From Ascoidea asiatica JCM 7603 (lineage: Eukaryota; Fungi; Ascomycota), in NCBI GenBank assembly GCA_001600695.1, contig BCKQ01000005.1, positions 328,732-392,731 on the forward strand: 64,000 nucleotides of DNA, read 5' to 3'. The notes under the pieces are model-generated. The model had not been told where the DNA came from and searched no databases. It saw only the letters and a list, made by a program, of their open reading frames with translations. Each line of letters opens with the position of its first letter. The stretch's first letter is position 1. Shown piece by piece: positions 11,932 through 22,310 of this stretch. Both the position numbers and the translations under genes were made by a program.

Positions 11932-13029
11932 TTAACCATTTTTAATTTTCACTTCAGCATCCTGAACAGAATGCAATTTTATGATATTTGGAAAATCAAG
12001 CCTGTCGGATGTATAGCCCTTAGACCAATCATTACTTAAAGCATATGCAAGAATAGATCCATTGGAATTAAAAGCTGTAGATGTTATTGAATATTGTAAA
12101 CTTAAAATTTGACTTAACTTACTTTTTTTATCTTTATCCCAGAAATAAATAGCACCATCAGAACCCCCAGTACAGAAAGTTCCATAAATTGGATGAAAGC
12201 TTAAACAGTTGACTGGATAAACTTTGGGATTATTTTGTGAAGTATCTCTATGGCATCTAAAAGTGAAGTCTTTTTGCTGGTCTACAGGCTTTATGTATCT
12301 AATAGCACATCTTCCTTCAATAGAAGCAACAGCAAAACCATCGCCCTGATTAAAGCAAGCTATAACTCTTGTTTGAAATTTCAAAGGAGAACTCAGCTCT
12401 TTGAATACAACAGTGGGATTATTCAAGTCAATTATTAATATCTTTTTCTCTGCAGTTCCAATTACTAATAATTTTTCTTTAGAATCGAGAGCATAGCATT
12501 TTTCAGGTAATGATAAAATAGAAATAGGAGAAGAACTCCTTGTATCCCAATACTTAACAGTTTTATCCCAAGAGCCCGATATCACTATTGGCGTATTTGA
12601 AGGCCCACATTCTGCAAATCTGACAATTTTAACAGGAGAATCATGAATACCAATTTGTTCTGCATAATTTTTCTGGACATCATATAATTTAATTTTATTA
12701 TCGCATCCACCACTTATTATCTTTGTACCATCCTTAGACCACCTAGTGGATAATACAGGTGCGTCATGTTTATAAGTGGCCTTTCCTTGTGTTGAACCAT
12801 CTTCAAGTATTTCATATACTCTAACTTGGCAATCCCAAGAAGAAACAGAAAGAAAGTTTTGATCTTGAATTGGTGAAAAAGAAAGGTCTGAAATGGAATC
12901 CTGAGGTGGATCAGCAATCGTTATATCATTTGAACTGAGCAACTGACTATCTGAATTCAGCGAATTAAATAAGCCGGATGAATTTGATGTTGATATTACT
13001 GGGTTCGATGAACTAGAAAAGAAAGACAT
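11932..13029 (-). CDS. GLE2: WD40 mRNA export factor / nucleoporin Gle2 (Rae1)
   Basis: PPQDSISDLSFSP, SGSWDKTVKYWD, SPLKFQTRVIACF, ASIEGRCAI, FTFRCHR, DWSKG. Confidence 0.95.
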   Translation of the reverse strand: MSFFSSSSNPVISTSNSSGLFNSLNSDSQLLSSNDITIADPPQDSISDLSFSPIQDQNFLSVSSWDCQVRVYEILEDGSTQGKATYKHDAPVLSTRWSKDGTKIISGGCDNKIKLYDVQKNYAEQIGIHDSPVKIVRFAECGPSNTPIVISGSWDKTVKYWDTRSSSPISILSLPEKCYALDSKEKLLVIGTAEKKILIIDLNNPTVVFKELSSPLKFQTRVIACFNQGDGFAVASIEGRCAIRYIKPVDQQKDFTFRCHRDTSQNNPKVYPVNCLSFHPIYGTFCTGGSDGAIYFWDKDKKSKLSQILSLQYSITSTAFNSNGSILAYALSNDWSKGYTSDRLDFPNIIKLHSVQDAEVKIKNG

Positions 13030-13389
13030 TTATTAAAAATTGATAAGAAACAAAAAAAACATCGTCAAAAAAGAATTATTTTTGTGCTTATTGTTTGGCA
13101 GTCAGCCGAGATAAGCATATGTAAAGGTGCGAGTAAATGCTTTTTCAGTAACGCTCCTTCGCCAGTAGTAAAACATCAAAACAGACGGGTAATTCGCAAC
13201 CTTTAAGCTCTTGAAATAAAGGTAACGATAAGTAATTTATTTGAGTGTATCTGACAAAGCCCAAAAACAATAATTTAAATTTTTATTTCTTGATTTCTAT
13301 TTTATTGTTTCCTTTTTTTGTATTTTTCACTCGTACAACAAGCAAAAGAAAATATCGCTAAGTTTTAGAATGCTAGAAACATAAATAAT

Positions 13390-16209
13390 ATGTCTAATAT
13401 AAGTTTTCAAGTACCTGTTGTAACGTTCAAAAAATATTCCAAAGATGAAAGCTCCATACCATTAAAGAGATTCACTAGAATAAAGAATTATGAAAATTAT
13501 TCTCAAATTGATTGGTCTTATGAAAATCAATCCGAAAGAATAATCGCTCAGAATAATCCTACTGCAAAATCGTTATTCAATAGGGTAGAAAAATGGCTTA
13601 TACTAATATCTGCTGGTTTAATAATTGGAACTATAACATCTTGGATTGATTTATCTTCTAAATGGCTATATGATATAAGGACTGGTTATTGCAAAGATGG
13701 TTTTTATCTAACTAAATCGAATTGCTGTTTGGGATTCTCATTAGATCAATGTTCCTCTTGGAATAATTGGAATGAATATGCAAATTTATCTAATTCTTCT
13801 TTTGCTTCATATCTTATAAATTTTTTCATTTATATTGTAACTTCCATATTTTTATGTCTAATAGCTGTCAAATTAGTATTTAAGGCACCTTTTAGTATTA
13901 AATCAGGGCTAGTTGAAATCAGATTAATATTATCTGGTTTAATATTGAATCATTTTTTTGATATCAAGGTTTTATTAGTGAAATCTGTTGGCTTAATATT
14001 AGTTGTTGGATCAGGATTATGGGTTGGGAAGGAAGGACCTTTAGTTCATATTTCATGTTGCGTAGTTCATGCTTTGATAAGTCTTTTCCTTTATTTGAAA
14101 AATAATAATTATACTAAGAATGAAGCTTTAAAACGAAGTTTATTACCTGCCTCAATCGCAGCTGGAATTGCTGTTGCATTCAATGCACCTATTGGAGGAG
14201 TATTATTTACTTTGGAACAATTCAACTCATCATTCCTTAATATTGATAAATTAATGTGGAATTGCTTTGTTTGTGCAACAATTGCCACTGTCGTCCTTCA
14301 AATTCTATATCCATTCAAAGAGGGTAATAATGTTTTGTTTGCTGTTACAATGCAACAAAATTGGTTTAGTTTTGAAATCGTACCCTTCGTCTTTCTTGGT
14401 ATTTTAGGGGGGATATATGGTTTTCTTTTCTCAAAATTGAATTTATTCTTCTCAAAGTTAAGAAGCCGATTTATAGGTAATGATTCTACAAAAAGAGTTT
14501 TAGAAATTATTTTACTTTCTATTGTCACTTCAATAACTACTTATCCTTTGATATTCGCTAAACTTCCTTTATCAACTTTAATAAAGAGATTATATGCAGA
14601 ATGTGATAGTAAAATGCTTAATTCTACATCTTCTGTAATACTAGAAGATTTATGTTCGATCAAGGATGACGATATCAAGAATTTTCAAACCAAGGCATTT
14701 ATTCTATTGATTTTGACTGCAATTCAAGGTTTAATTTTAAATTCTTATTCATTTGGAGCTTATATTCCTGGAGGGATTTTGATGCCTTCATTGGCAGTTG
14801 GTGCATGTATTGGAAGATCTTTAGGAATTTTGATGAGTTATATTCAGATAAATCATTCCGATTGGGCTGTTTTTGGAGAATGTGCTTCTTTACTAGATTC
14901 AAGTTCTTCTGACTCATCTTTCAGAACAACTTTAAGCTCAATTTCAGCTTTTTTTGGCTCGATAACTGGAGATCAAAATAATAATAGCTCCAAGGTTATA
15001 TTAACTTCACAATGTATTTCAGCAGGCGCTTATGCTGTGATTGGATCAGCTGCATTTCTAACTGGAGTTACGAAACTTACCGTTTCTATTGTAGTTATTG
15101 TTTTTGAACTTACCGGTGCTTTGACATATGTTTTGCCTATAATGATTTCTGTTTTAGTTTCCAAACATACAAATGATTTTTTAACTTCTAAAAGTTGTTA
15201 TGACATTTGGATAGGGCTAAATAAGTTCGAAACTAACTATCTAGATGAAAATTTAAGTAATAATACAAAGCCTGTTCCTCTTCTTAGAGCGGAAGATATA
15301 ATGATTGGGTTGAAAGAAATTTGTTGTATATATGCGGAAGATTATTTAGTTTATTATTGTCCAGAAGTTTTACGACTTATCAATAAAAATAACCGATTTA
15401 ACCAAAACAACCTTGAAACTAGTGGAATTAATGTCGAGGGAAAATCTCAAAGGTTAAATATAAAGTCATTGATGAATTTAATTGAACTCAGTGATCCATT
15501 CCCTAAACATTTGACAACTGCTCAAAAGGATTTTATATCTTATTCATATCATTATGATAATAATTATTTGAATTCAACTCAAAACGCTTATTACAGTTTT
15601 CATCTAAAGGATATTGAAGGGTTTCCTGTCCTTAAATCTCAAGCAGAACCTATTTTAATTGGATGGATTTCTAAATCTGAACTTAAAATAGAACTAGAAA
15701 GAATAGGGACAATATCAAATATAGACACTGAGTTAACTGTTGAGTTTCTTTCTGATCGTCAAAATGATCCAAGTCATTGGGATAACTGGCAAATAAGTGT
15801 TGAAAATTTAGATGATGGAAAAAAAATTCAGTCATCCTTAGTTGAAAATAATAATATAGAAGAAGATTTAAACAACAAAATTTCTAGTACTGATGAAATA
15901 TCAAATATCAGTCCAGAAAAATTTCCAATGGATCAATTAATTGAGCCTTTGAATTCTCAAGTAATTGTCTCGAAGCAGCTAGATTTAATAACTGTGATTG
16001 AGTTTTTCAATAAAATGAATTTAAATATTGTTTTTGTAAACAATGAAGAAGGAAATTTGAATGGTGTGATTAAGAAGAGTACTATAACAAAGTGTGTTGA
16101 AAGTAATTATGAGTCTAATAGCTTATTAGCTAAAAGCATGTACAATAATAGTAATAATAGTAATAATAGTAATAATGCTAATAATCAAAATGGAAGAAGT
16201 AGTGAGTGA
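13390..16209 (+). CDS. CLC family chloride channel/transporter (fungal paralog clade, probably not the Gef1 ortholog)
   Basis: GKEGPLVH, AFNAPIGGVLF, GGILMPSL, VIVFELTG, multiple TM helices, CBS-like C-terminus. Confidence 0.9.
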   Translation: MSNISFQVPVVTFKKYSKDESSIPLKRFTRIKNYENYSQIDWSYENQSERIIAQNNPTAKSLFNRVEKWLILISAGLIIGTITSWIDLSSKWLYDIRTGYCKDGFYLTKSNCCLGFSLDQCSSWNNWNEYANLSNSSFASYLINFFIYIVTSIFLCLIAVKLVFKAPFSIKSGLVEIRLILSGLILNHFFDIKVLLVKSVGLILVVGSGLWVGKEGPLVHISCCVVHALISLFLYLKNNNYTKNEALKRSLLPASIAAGIAVAFNAPIGGVLFTLEQFNSSFLNIDKLMWNCFVCATIATVVLQILYPFKEGNNVLFAVTMQQNWFSFEIVPFVFLGILGGIYGFLFSKLNLFFSKLRSRFIGNDSTKRVLEIILLSIVTSITTYPLIFAKLPLSTLIKRLYAECDSKMLNSTSSVILEDLCSIKDDDIKNFQTKAFILLILTAIQGLILNSYSFGAYIPGGILMPSLAVGACIGRSLGILMSYIQINHSDWAVFGECASLLDSSSSDSSFRTTLSSISAFFGSITGDQNNNSSKVILTSQCISAGAYAVIGSAAFLTGVTKLTVSIVVIVFELTGALTYVLPIMISVLVSKHTNDFLTSKSCYDIWIGLNKFETNYLDENLSNNTKPVPLLRAEDIMIGLKEICCIYAEDYLVYYCPEVLRLINKNNRFNQNNLETSGINVEGKSQRLNIKSLMNLIELSDPFPKHLTTAQKDFISYSYHYDNNYLNSTQNAYYSFHLKDIEGFPVLKSQAEPILIGWISKSELKIELERIGTISNIDTELTVEFLSDRQNDPSHWDNWQISVENLDDGKKIQSSLVENNNIEEDLNNKISSTDEISNISPEKFPMDQLIEPLNSQVIVSKQLDLITVIEFFNKMNLNIVFVNNEEGNLNGVIKKSTITKCVESNYESNSLLAKSMYNNSNNSNNSNNANNQNGRSSE

Positions 16210-16658
16210 TACCTTTTTGGAATCTATTAGGAAATCTTAAATAAAATACAATAGACAATTCAATATAGAAAAATTTGATAATCAAACTTAAAAATGTTAT
16301 AATTAATTTAAACAACCTAGCAAATAATTAATCTCAATAAAACTATAAAATTCTTTTTTACTATTGTAAATACAGTATATTCACCATTTATTTTTATAGA
16401 AAAAATACAAACAAGAGGAATTTTGAGGAAAGCTTCGATGATATATTTAAAAGTAGATTTTGAAAAGAAGAATATTTTAGTTATTACAGTGCTTCACTGA
16501 ATTTATAGATATGATAGATAGATATTAAGATGATAAAAAAATAGATAAGTAAAAAAGAATAAAAACCTAAAGATTGAAACATAATATAATAAAAGTGATT
16601 TATTTTTTCAAAAAATAGTAAATCGAAATTTGAAGTGAAAAAAACTAATTTTATTATA

Positions 16659-17533
16659 TTATATAAAGGCATTCTGCTGTTTTTCTTCTTGTAGCATTAC
16701 ATTTACTAATTCTTGTAGAGGACCAAAATCTTTTTCATTAATTAAATCAAAATTTTTAGAAAATAAAACAAAATGCTTTAAACTTGTATTTAAATGAGTT
16801 TGTAAACCTAATTCAGTAATTTCATCAAAATGATGACAATAAATATGAGCATAAACTCTAAATAATCTTTTCATAATTGTTTTACTTAAAGCTAAAAATT
16901 GAGTTGGAAATGGTTGACCATTTTTAGTTGGAAAAATTTCATCATCATCAAAAAATTGTTGAATCCAAGTCATTAAATTTTCAATATAATTTGGAGCAGG
17001 TAAAGAAATTGGTTTTTTTGAATTTACATCTTGCCAAAGATATTCATATTCATTAGTTGCAATCATTCTTGGACAAGTTTTTGGAGAACAAAATTCAGTT
17101 ATTGTTCCATATAACATATTAATTTGATTATAAAAATCAACAAGGTGAAGAGCTAACCATTCATTTAAATCTTCATCTTTTGGTAATTTAACTGCTTGAG
17201 CTAAAGCAGAACCAGAACCTAAAGTTGCTTCTGCAAAATTTCTAATATCTCTATGAGATGTTATTGAAGAACCTTGAGTTGGGGAAGTAGACTTTATGGC
17301 CTTTGTTGTTGAATAAGGATTTATATTATTTCCAGTTTGTGTTTGAGTTGGACTTGAACTTTGATTGATTCTTTTGAATCCTCTGACTGTCCTCAAAGCA
17401 TGATTAGAATTTGTATTTAAGTGTCTAATTGAGTTAGTATAAATGAGAAAATAGAAAATAATAACCCTTAATATTTTTTGAGAAAGATAAAAGAAAAAAA
17501 GCAAACATACAGGCTTTGAAAGAAAGAAGACAT
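16659..17533 (-). CDS. MOB1: Mob1 kinase activator; two exons (17533-17511 and 17424-16659)
   Basis: [39 protein letters not shown]. Exon 1 (MSSFFQS plus CT) joins exon 2 in frame. Confidence 0.95.
17425..17510 (-). other. Spliceosomal intron of MOB1 (86 nt)
   Basis: 5' splice site GTATGT (17510-17505), branch point TACTAAC (17439-17433), 3' TAG ending at 17425; removal restores the frame. Confidence 0.93.
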
Positions 17534-17859
17534 TTTTATGAAATCTTAGATAATAATTATAATATAATAGATAAAAATAAATTCAAATATCTTATTTGAA
17601 AAAAAAAAACAGTATAATTTTTAATTTTTTATATAATTCACTTAATCAAAAGTATTTATTAGCTATTTCACTTTTCAGTTCCCATTCCAGCAGAATCTAA
17701 ACCGCTTTTTTCAATAAACTTTCTTGATTTTAAAAAAAAGAATATTACTTCGATTTCAATAAATTAATTTTATAACTGATAGATAATTAAGACTTCATGA
17801 ATTATTTCACGAATGATTTCATTATCAATTTCAATATTATTTCAAAATCATTTCACAAT

Positions 17860-18760
17860 CATTTTTGTTGTTTACACTTTTCCGTTTTGATCAGCATCAC
17901 GTAAACACAAAAAGTGCAAGCTTACTAAAGCCGTGATAATGGTCTCGTCCATGTCATGTGAAATAATCAATCACATGATAAAAACTTTTCTGCTGCTTTT
18001 GCAGTTTTTGCTGCTTTTGCAGTTAGGGAAGAAAAGAGAAGTGCTGAAAAAACAATGAAGAGATAATTCAGAAGCATTCCTCAACTTCCCAAGCATATGT
18101 TTGAAATAGAGGAAACAAATTAAAACTAAAAAAACAATGCTAATTAAATATACGTAAATTCTTGATCAAGAAACAGTTGGATGATTACTTGAGAGATGTT
18201 GTTCTCCTTTGAAAATGCAATGTAAATGTGATAGATTGATTAGCTTGATAGTTCGTACGAAATTTTTAGAATCCTCTTTTATCTTTAACTGATTCTAGGC
18301 AATTCTAGCTTTACGCGATAAAAACATGAAAACACAAAAATAAAAGAATAAAAAAATATGTCAGTATGAAAACATCAATATCAGTTATTTTCTTCGTGAT
18401 GTTTCTCAGATTTCGAGTTTGTGCAAAACGCTAAAAACATAAAAAAAAACATAAAAAAAAACAATCGCGTGCTGGAAAACAGTAAACAAAAGCGAATCTG
18501 AGTAAACAGAAGCAAAAAAGAGTGTTCGCTAATTTATCAGTGTTCGCTAACGGGTTTTGAGAATCCGGTGCCTGGATTTCATACCAAAACACGGTAAAAT
18601 CCACGTAATTTTTGGTTTTGAAATGGCGTTTGCAAAATTTGTTCGCTATTTCTGAATAAACGTTCTTTTAAGACGTTGGTGTTTGTTTGTTTGTTATCTT
18701 TTGCCTGTTTATTTGTTTGTTTGTATGTTTGCATGTTTATGTTTACGAGTCTTGCACAGA
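17860..18760. promoter_or_regulatory. Divergent MOB1/NRM1 cell-cycle promoter with forkhead and MCB/SCB-like sites
   Basis: GTAAACA/TGTTTAC at 17870, 17901, 18482, 18502, 18740; ACGCGA at 18313, TCGCGT at 18465; E-box CATGTG/CACATG at ~17955-17978. Confidence 0.6.
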
Positions 18761-19045
18761 ACAACAATAAATTATTTTATGAAGATACGTGAAATGAATT
18801 GAATAAGTTGAATAAAGTGAATTGATTGAATCAACATCAATGCTATTGCAATATTTCATAATAGACTTCGAGATCAAAAGAGAATAACATTCGTCATATA
18901 TAAACTCTGGTAATTCGTATTATAAGTTTCATTCATCAACTCTTTTTTTTTTTTTTTATCTTGAAGCTTTATTCATTTATTTGAAGCTCATAAATTTCAT
19001 TTATAATTCAAATTGATACTTTTTTTTTTTATTCGATAAGTAATC

Positions 19046-20125
19046 ATGTCTCTGTTCAGTTCAAATAATTCAATAACTCGTTTACCTTTAGCTCCAATAG
19101 ATTCAAATGTTCATTTGAATAATAAATCATCTCCTTCCAAAAAGAAGTTTTATAAAAATAAAGATGATAATGATAAAAATTTAGATTTTTTTGATTATTC
19201 TAAATTTCTAAAAAAAGAAGAATCAAGTCTGATTTCAAAAAATATTTATACCGATTTTAAGATATCCAAATCTTATAAACAAAATGGTTCAAGTAATAAA
19301 AAACATATGAAAAATGATGATATATATATTGGTTCTGATATTCATATACTACATGCAACGAAACTAAAATCAAGATTACAATTAGCTTATTTCAAATTAT
19401 GTTCAAAAAAACAAATAAATTCTCTGGAAACTCCAATTAATAATAAAAATGAATTTATTTCAAAAAATAGTTCAACAAAAATTACTTTACCTTCATTAAC
19501 TGATTTAATTTCACAACAAAATATAACTTCTCTAACTCCTCCTGCTTCTACTTTTAATTTAAAATGTAAAGATATTATCAATTCAAAAAAAAATTCTGAA
19601 TTTAAATTACCTTTACCAAAATTAGATACATTCTCAAATAATATAAAAAATGATTCTATTAAAACTTTTATACCACAATCCCACAATTTATTTACTCCTC
19701 CAACAACTTCTACCCCTTTCAATATAAAAATTAATGCAAATTCTATGATAAAAAAAAATCTTAGTAATTTGAACATGAATACTAATATTAATAAATGTAA
19801 TAGTAATAATAACAATAATCTCAATAATTTTATAATTCCAAATACCTCTGTAACTTTTACTAATCAAGCTTTATCTGAATCTACCCCTTTTAAAAATATC
19901 AATGTATCTAATGAAAAAAATGTTAAAAGCTTTTCTCAACAAAGAAATATTCAATCTGATACTAACAAAGAGCGAATGTTATCATCTAGTCCTATAAAAC
20001 ATAGTAATTTAGATGTCAAAAAATCTAATGATTCAAATTATAATAATCAAGTTGACGAGAATTCAACTCCTTCATCTGTTGGTGCGGCTGCTAAATCATT
20101 ATTACAGTTGGCTTTCAATAGTTGA
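19046..20125 (+). CDS. NRM1: Nrm1/Whi5-family G1/S transcriptional co-repressor
   Basis: N-terminal RLPLAPI (D-box-like), GTB motif KLKSRLQLAYFK, C-terminal STP..GAAAKSLLQL. Confidence 0.75.
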   Translation: MSLFSSNNSITRLPLAPIDSNVHLNNKSSPSKKKFYKNKDDNDKNLDFFDYSKFLKKEESSLISKNIYTDFKISKSYKQNGSSNKKHMKNDDIYIGSDIHILHATKLKSRLQLAYFKLCSKKQINSLETPINNKNEFISKNSSTKITLPSLTDLISQQNITSLTPPASTFNLKCKDIINSKKNSEFKLPLPKLDTFSNNIKNDSIKTFIPQSHNLFTPPTTSTPFNIKINANSMIKKNLSNLNMNTNINKCNSNNNNNLNNFIIPNTSVTFTNQALSESTPFKNINVSNEKNVKSFSQQRNIQSDTNKERMLSSSPIKHSNLDVKKSNDSNYNNQVDENSTPSSVGAAAKSLLQLAFNS

Positions 20126-20324
20126 TATAAAAAAACATGCTTTTCTTAAATCATTACCTTTTATTTTTTTTTTCCTTTTTATTTATCTTTTTGTTTCAAT
20201 TCTCTTTTACAGCATTTAAAATTCTTTTTAGCTTTTTTTCCTATTTTTTAAAACTTTCTTCATTTATTGTATATTATATACTTTATAGTGTTATTTTTAT
20301 ACTAGTAATAATATATTACTAGTT

Positions 20325-22100
20325 TTATGTACGACTAGAACGAGTTGCTTCTTCATATGTTGGTAATTCGTTATTACTAGATATATTTTCATTTATTGTG
20401 GAATTTCTAATTTCTCCATTATTTATATTTGTATAATTATTACCTGGAACATAATTTCCATTTGTATTTTGAAGATTATTTTGATTGAAAATTTCTGATG
20501 AGGTACCTGTAGTAGAAGTTGAAGATCCTGAAATATTTGCTTCTTGGCCTCTTAAAAAATTTCCAACTTCCGAAAATAATCCTGAAAGAACTACATCACT
20601 TGGTATACTACCATCAACCATTCTTTGTCTATTCAAATAATCTAATAATTCACGTTGAGATAAATTAATATCAGTTATCACTTGAATAGGAGATTCTAAT
20701 TGTATCATAATTTCTTCGGATCGTTTATTTGAGTTGGCACCCTCAAAATTAAAAAAACTACAACAAATTTTAATTGTAAAATTTCTTGAGAAATTACAAA
20801 TTTGAAAATTTGCAACAATTCCATTAGGTATTTTAATTTGTTTAAAATCATAAGGAATTTTAATTTCAAACAAATTTGAATCTCTTGAACATACTTGAAG
20901 TTTACTTAAGTCAATTTCAATTATTTTATTTAACGATAATAAATTCATAACTCCAAGATATGAATGATTTAATTCTTGAGCCCTAGTATCAGATGAAACA
21001 ATTAAATCAATAGAAATTGATTGAATAAATATTTTTCCCTTTCCATTTGATTTAATAAATGCTTCCGGGCCAATTTTCGATACTATGTATAAATCACCAG
21101 AATAATTTTTTCCTGGAATTAAATAGCCTGGATATGCAAATCTTGCTTCTAATGAAAATAATACTTGATCATAGTTAGACAACTTTCTAGTTGTATTTCT
21201 TATTAAATTATTAGAATTACCTCTAACTCTAGAGAAAACATTACGGGCTATTATAGAATTTAAAAAAGAAGAATTCCCAACTGTTTGCTGATCATCTTGA
21301 GAATTAAAGGAATCATTAGTGATATTTTTTTCTTTATATAAAATACCATCTTTTCTAAAAAATACTTCCTTATTACTTAAATGATTCTCAGAATCTTCTA
21401 TTAAGAGATCATTTAAAGGTAAAAAAGGGAATGCTCTAATAGTTCTACCGTTTATCTTTAAAAAGTTTGGTCTTGATACAGTACATTTTATAAAATATTC
21501 AACTGATATATGAGACTGTAGATTTATATCTTGTTCACATTTTTCATTAAAAGAAGGAGGTAAAGGATAATTATGAAGATGTTTTTGAGAATTAACATTA
21601 TTGAAAAATTCAAATTTATTTCCAATAGAGTTTTTATTTCCACCATCAAGTTGAATTCTATTAGTAATTTTACTTAAATTAAAATTTGCTAATGGATCAT
21701 TCGCAGGTTGATGGTTAAATTTTTCATTATCATTACTTTCACCAGCAACACAGCTAGTAAATTTGAAAGGTATTTCAAATTCAAAATTATAAGTATGAGT
21801 TCCTGGAATTACTGTCAACTTTCCAGAATCTCCTGCTTTTAGAACAGTTACAGTCTTATATAAGAATTTATGAGTTTCTGCTCTATTAAGTACTCTAGGC
21901 TTACGTGATTTTGGGTGAATATAATGTTTTTGAATGGAAGTATTAGAGACACCTTCCAACTTTAAAACTATTGAGCTTATGGTGACTTGAGAATGAGCTT
22001 TGAGAGTAACTGTTCCTAGGATTTTATCATAATTTGTATAAATTCCCTCTCTGTTTTTTGGCTTTTTTAGATCTATTAAAATATCGTATGAAAAACCCAT
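20325..22100 (-). CDS. ART10: Alpha-arrestin (Art10-like Rsp5 adaptor)
   Basis: LKLEG, HKFLYK, PGTHTYNFEFEIP, LPPSF, VEYFIKCTVSRP and C-terminal LPTY. Confidence 0.7.
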   Translation of the reverse strand: MGFSYDILIDLKKPKNREGIYTNYDKILGTVTLKAHSQVTISSIVLKLEGVSNTSIQKHYIHPKSRKPRVLNRAETHKFLYKTVTVLKAGDSGKLTVIPGTHTYNFEFEIPFKFTSCVAGESNDNEKFNHQPANDPLANFNLSKITNRIQLDGGNKNSIGNKFEFFNNVNSQKHLHNYPLPPSFNEKCEQDINLQSHISVEYFIKCTVSRPNFLKINGRTIRAFPFLPLNDLLIEDSENHLSNKEVFFRKDGILYKEKNITNDSFNSQDDQQTVGNSSFLNSIIARNVFSRVRGNSNNLIRNTTRKLSNYDQVLFSLEARFAYPGYLIPGKNYSGDLYIVSKIGPEAFIKSNGKGKIFIQSISIDLIVSSDTRAQELNHSYLGVMNLLSLNKIIEIDLSKLQVCSRDSNLFEIKIPYDFKQIKIPNGIVANFQICNFSRNFTIKICCSFFNFEGANSNKRSEEIMIQLESPIQVITDINLSQRELLDYLNRQRMVDGSIPSDVVLSGLFSEVGNFLRGQEANISGSSTSTTGTSSEIFNQNNLQNTNGNYVPGNNYTNINNGEIRNSTINENISSNNELPTYEEATRSSRT

Positions 22101-22310
22101 GATAGTTGAATTTATTCCTTGACTATTAATAATACAAAATGTAACAAATATAATCAGAAAAATAAGTAAATGTCTTTATTCAAAGTGAATAATGTCATAT
22201 GGAGATAATAATTATCATAAATATTTATGATTATTCAAATTACTGAATTTATCTCTACCTGAATAGTGTTTTTCCTCAAGTAATAAATGATATTGATGAT
22301 ATTGATATTA

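Noticed and set aside
17505-17510. ORF-track start for MOB1 at 17504
   Set aside because: It lies within the intron; the real start is the ATG at 17533.
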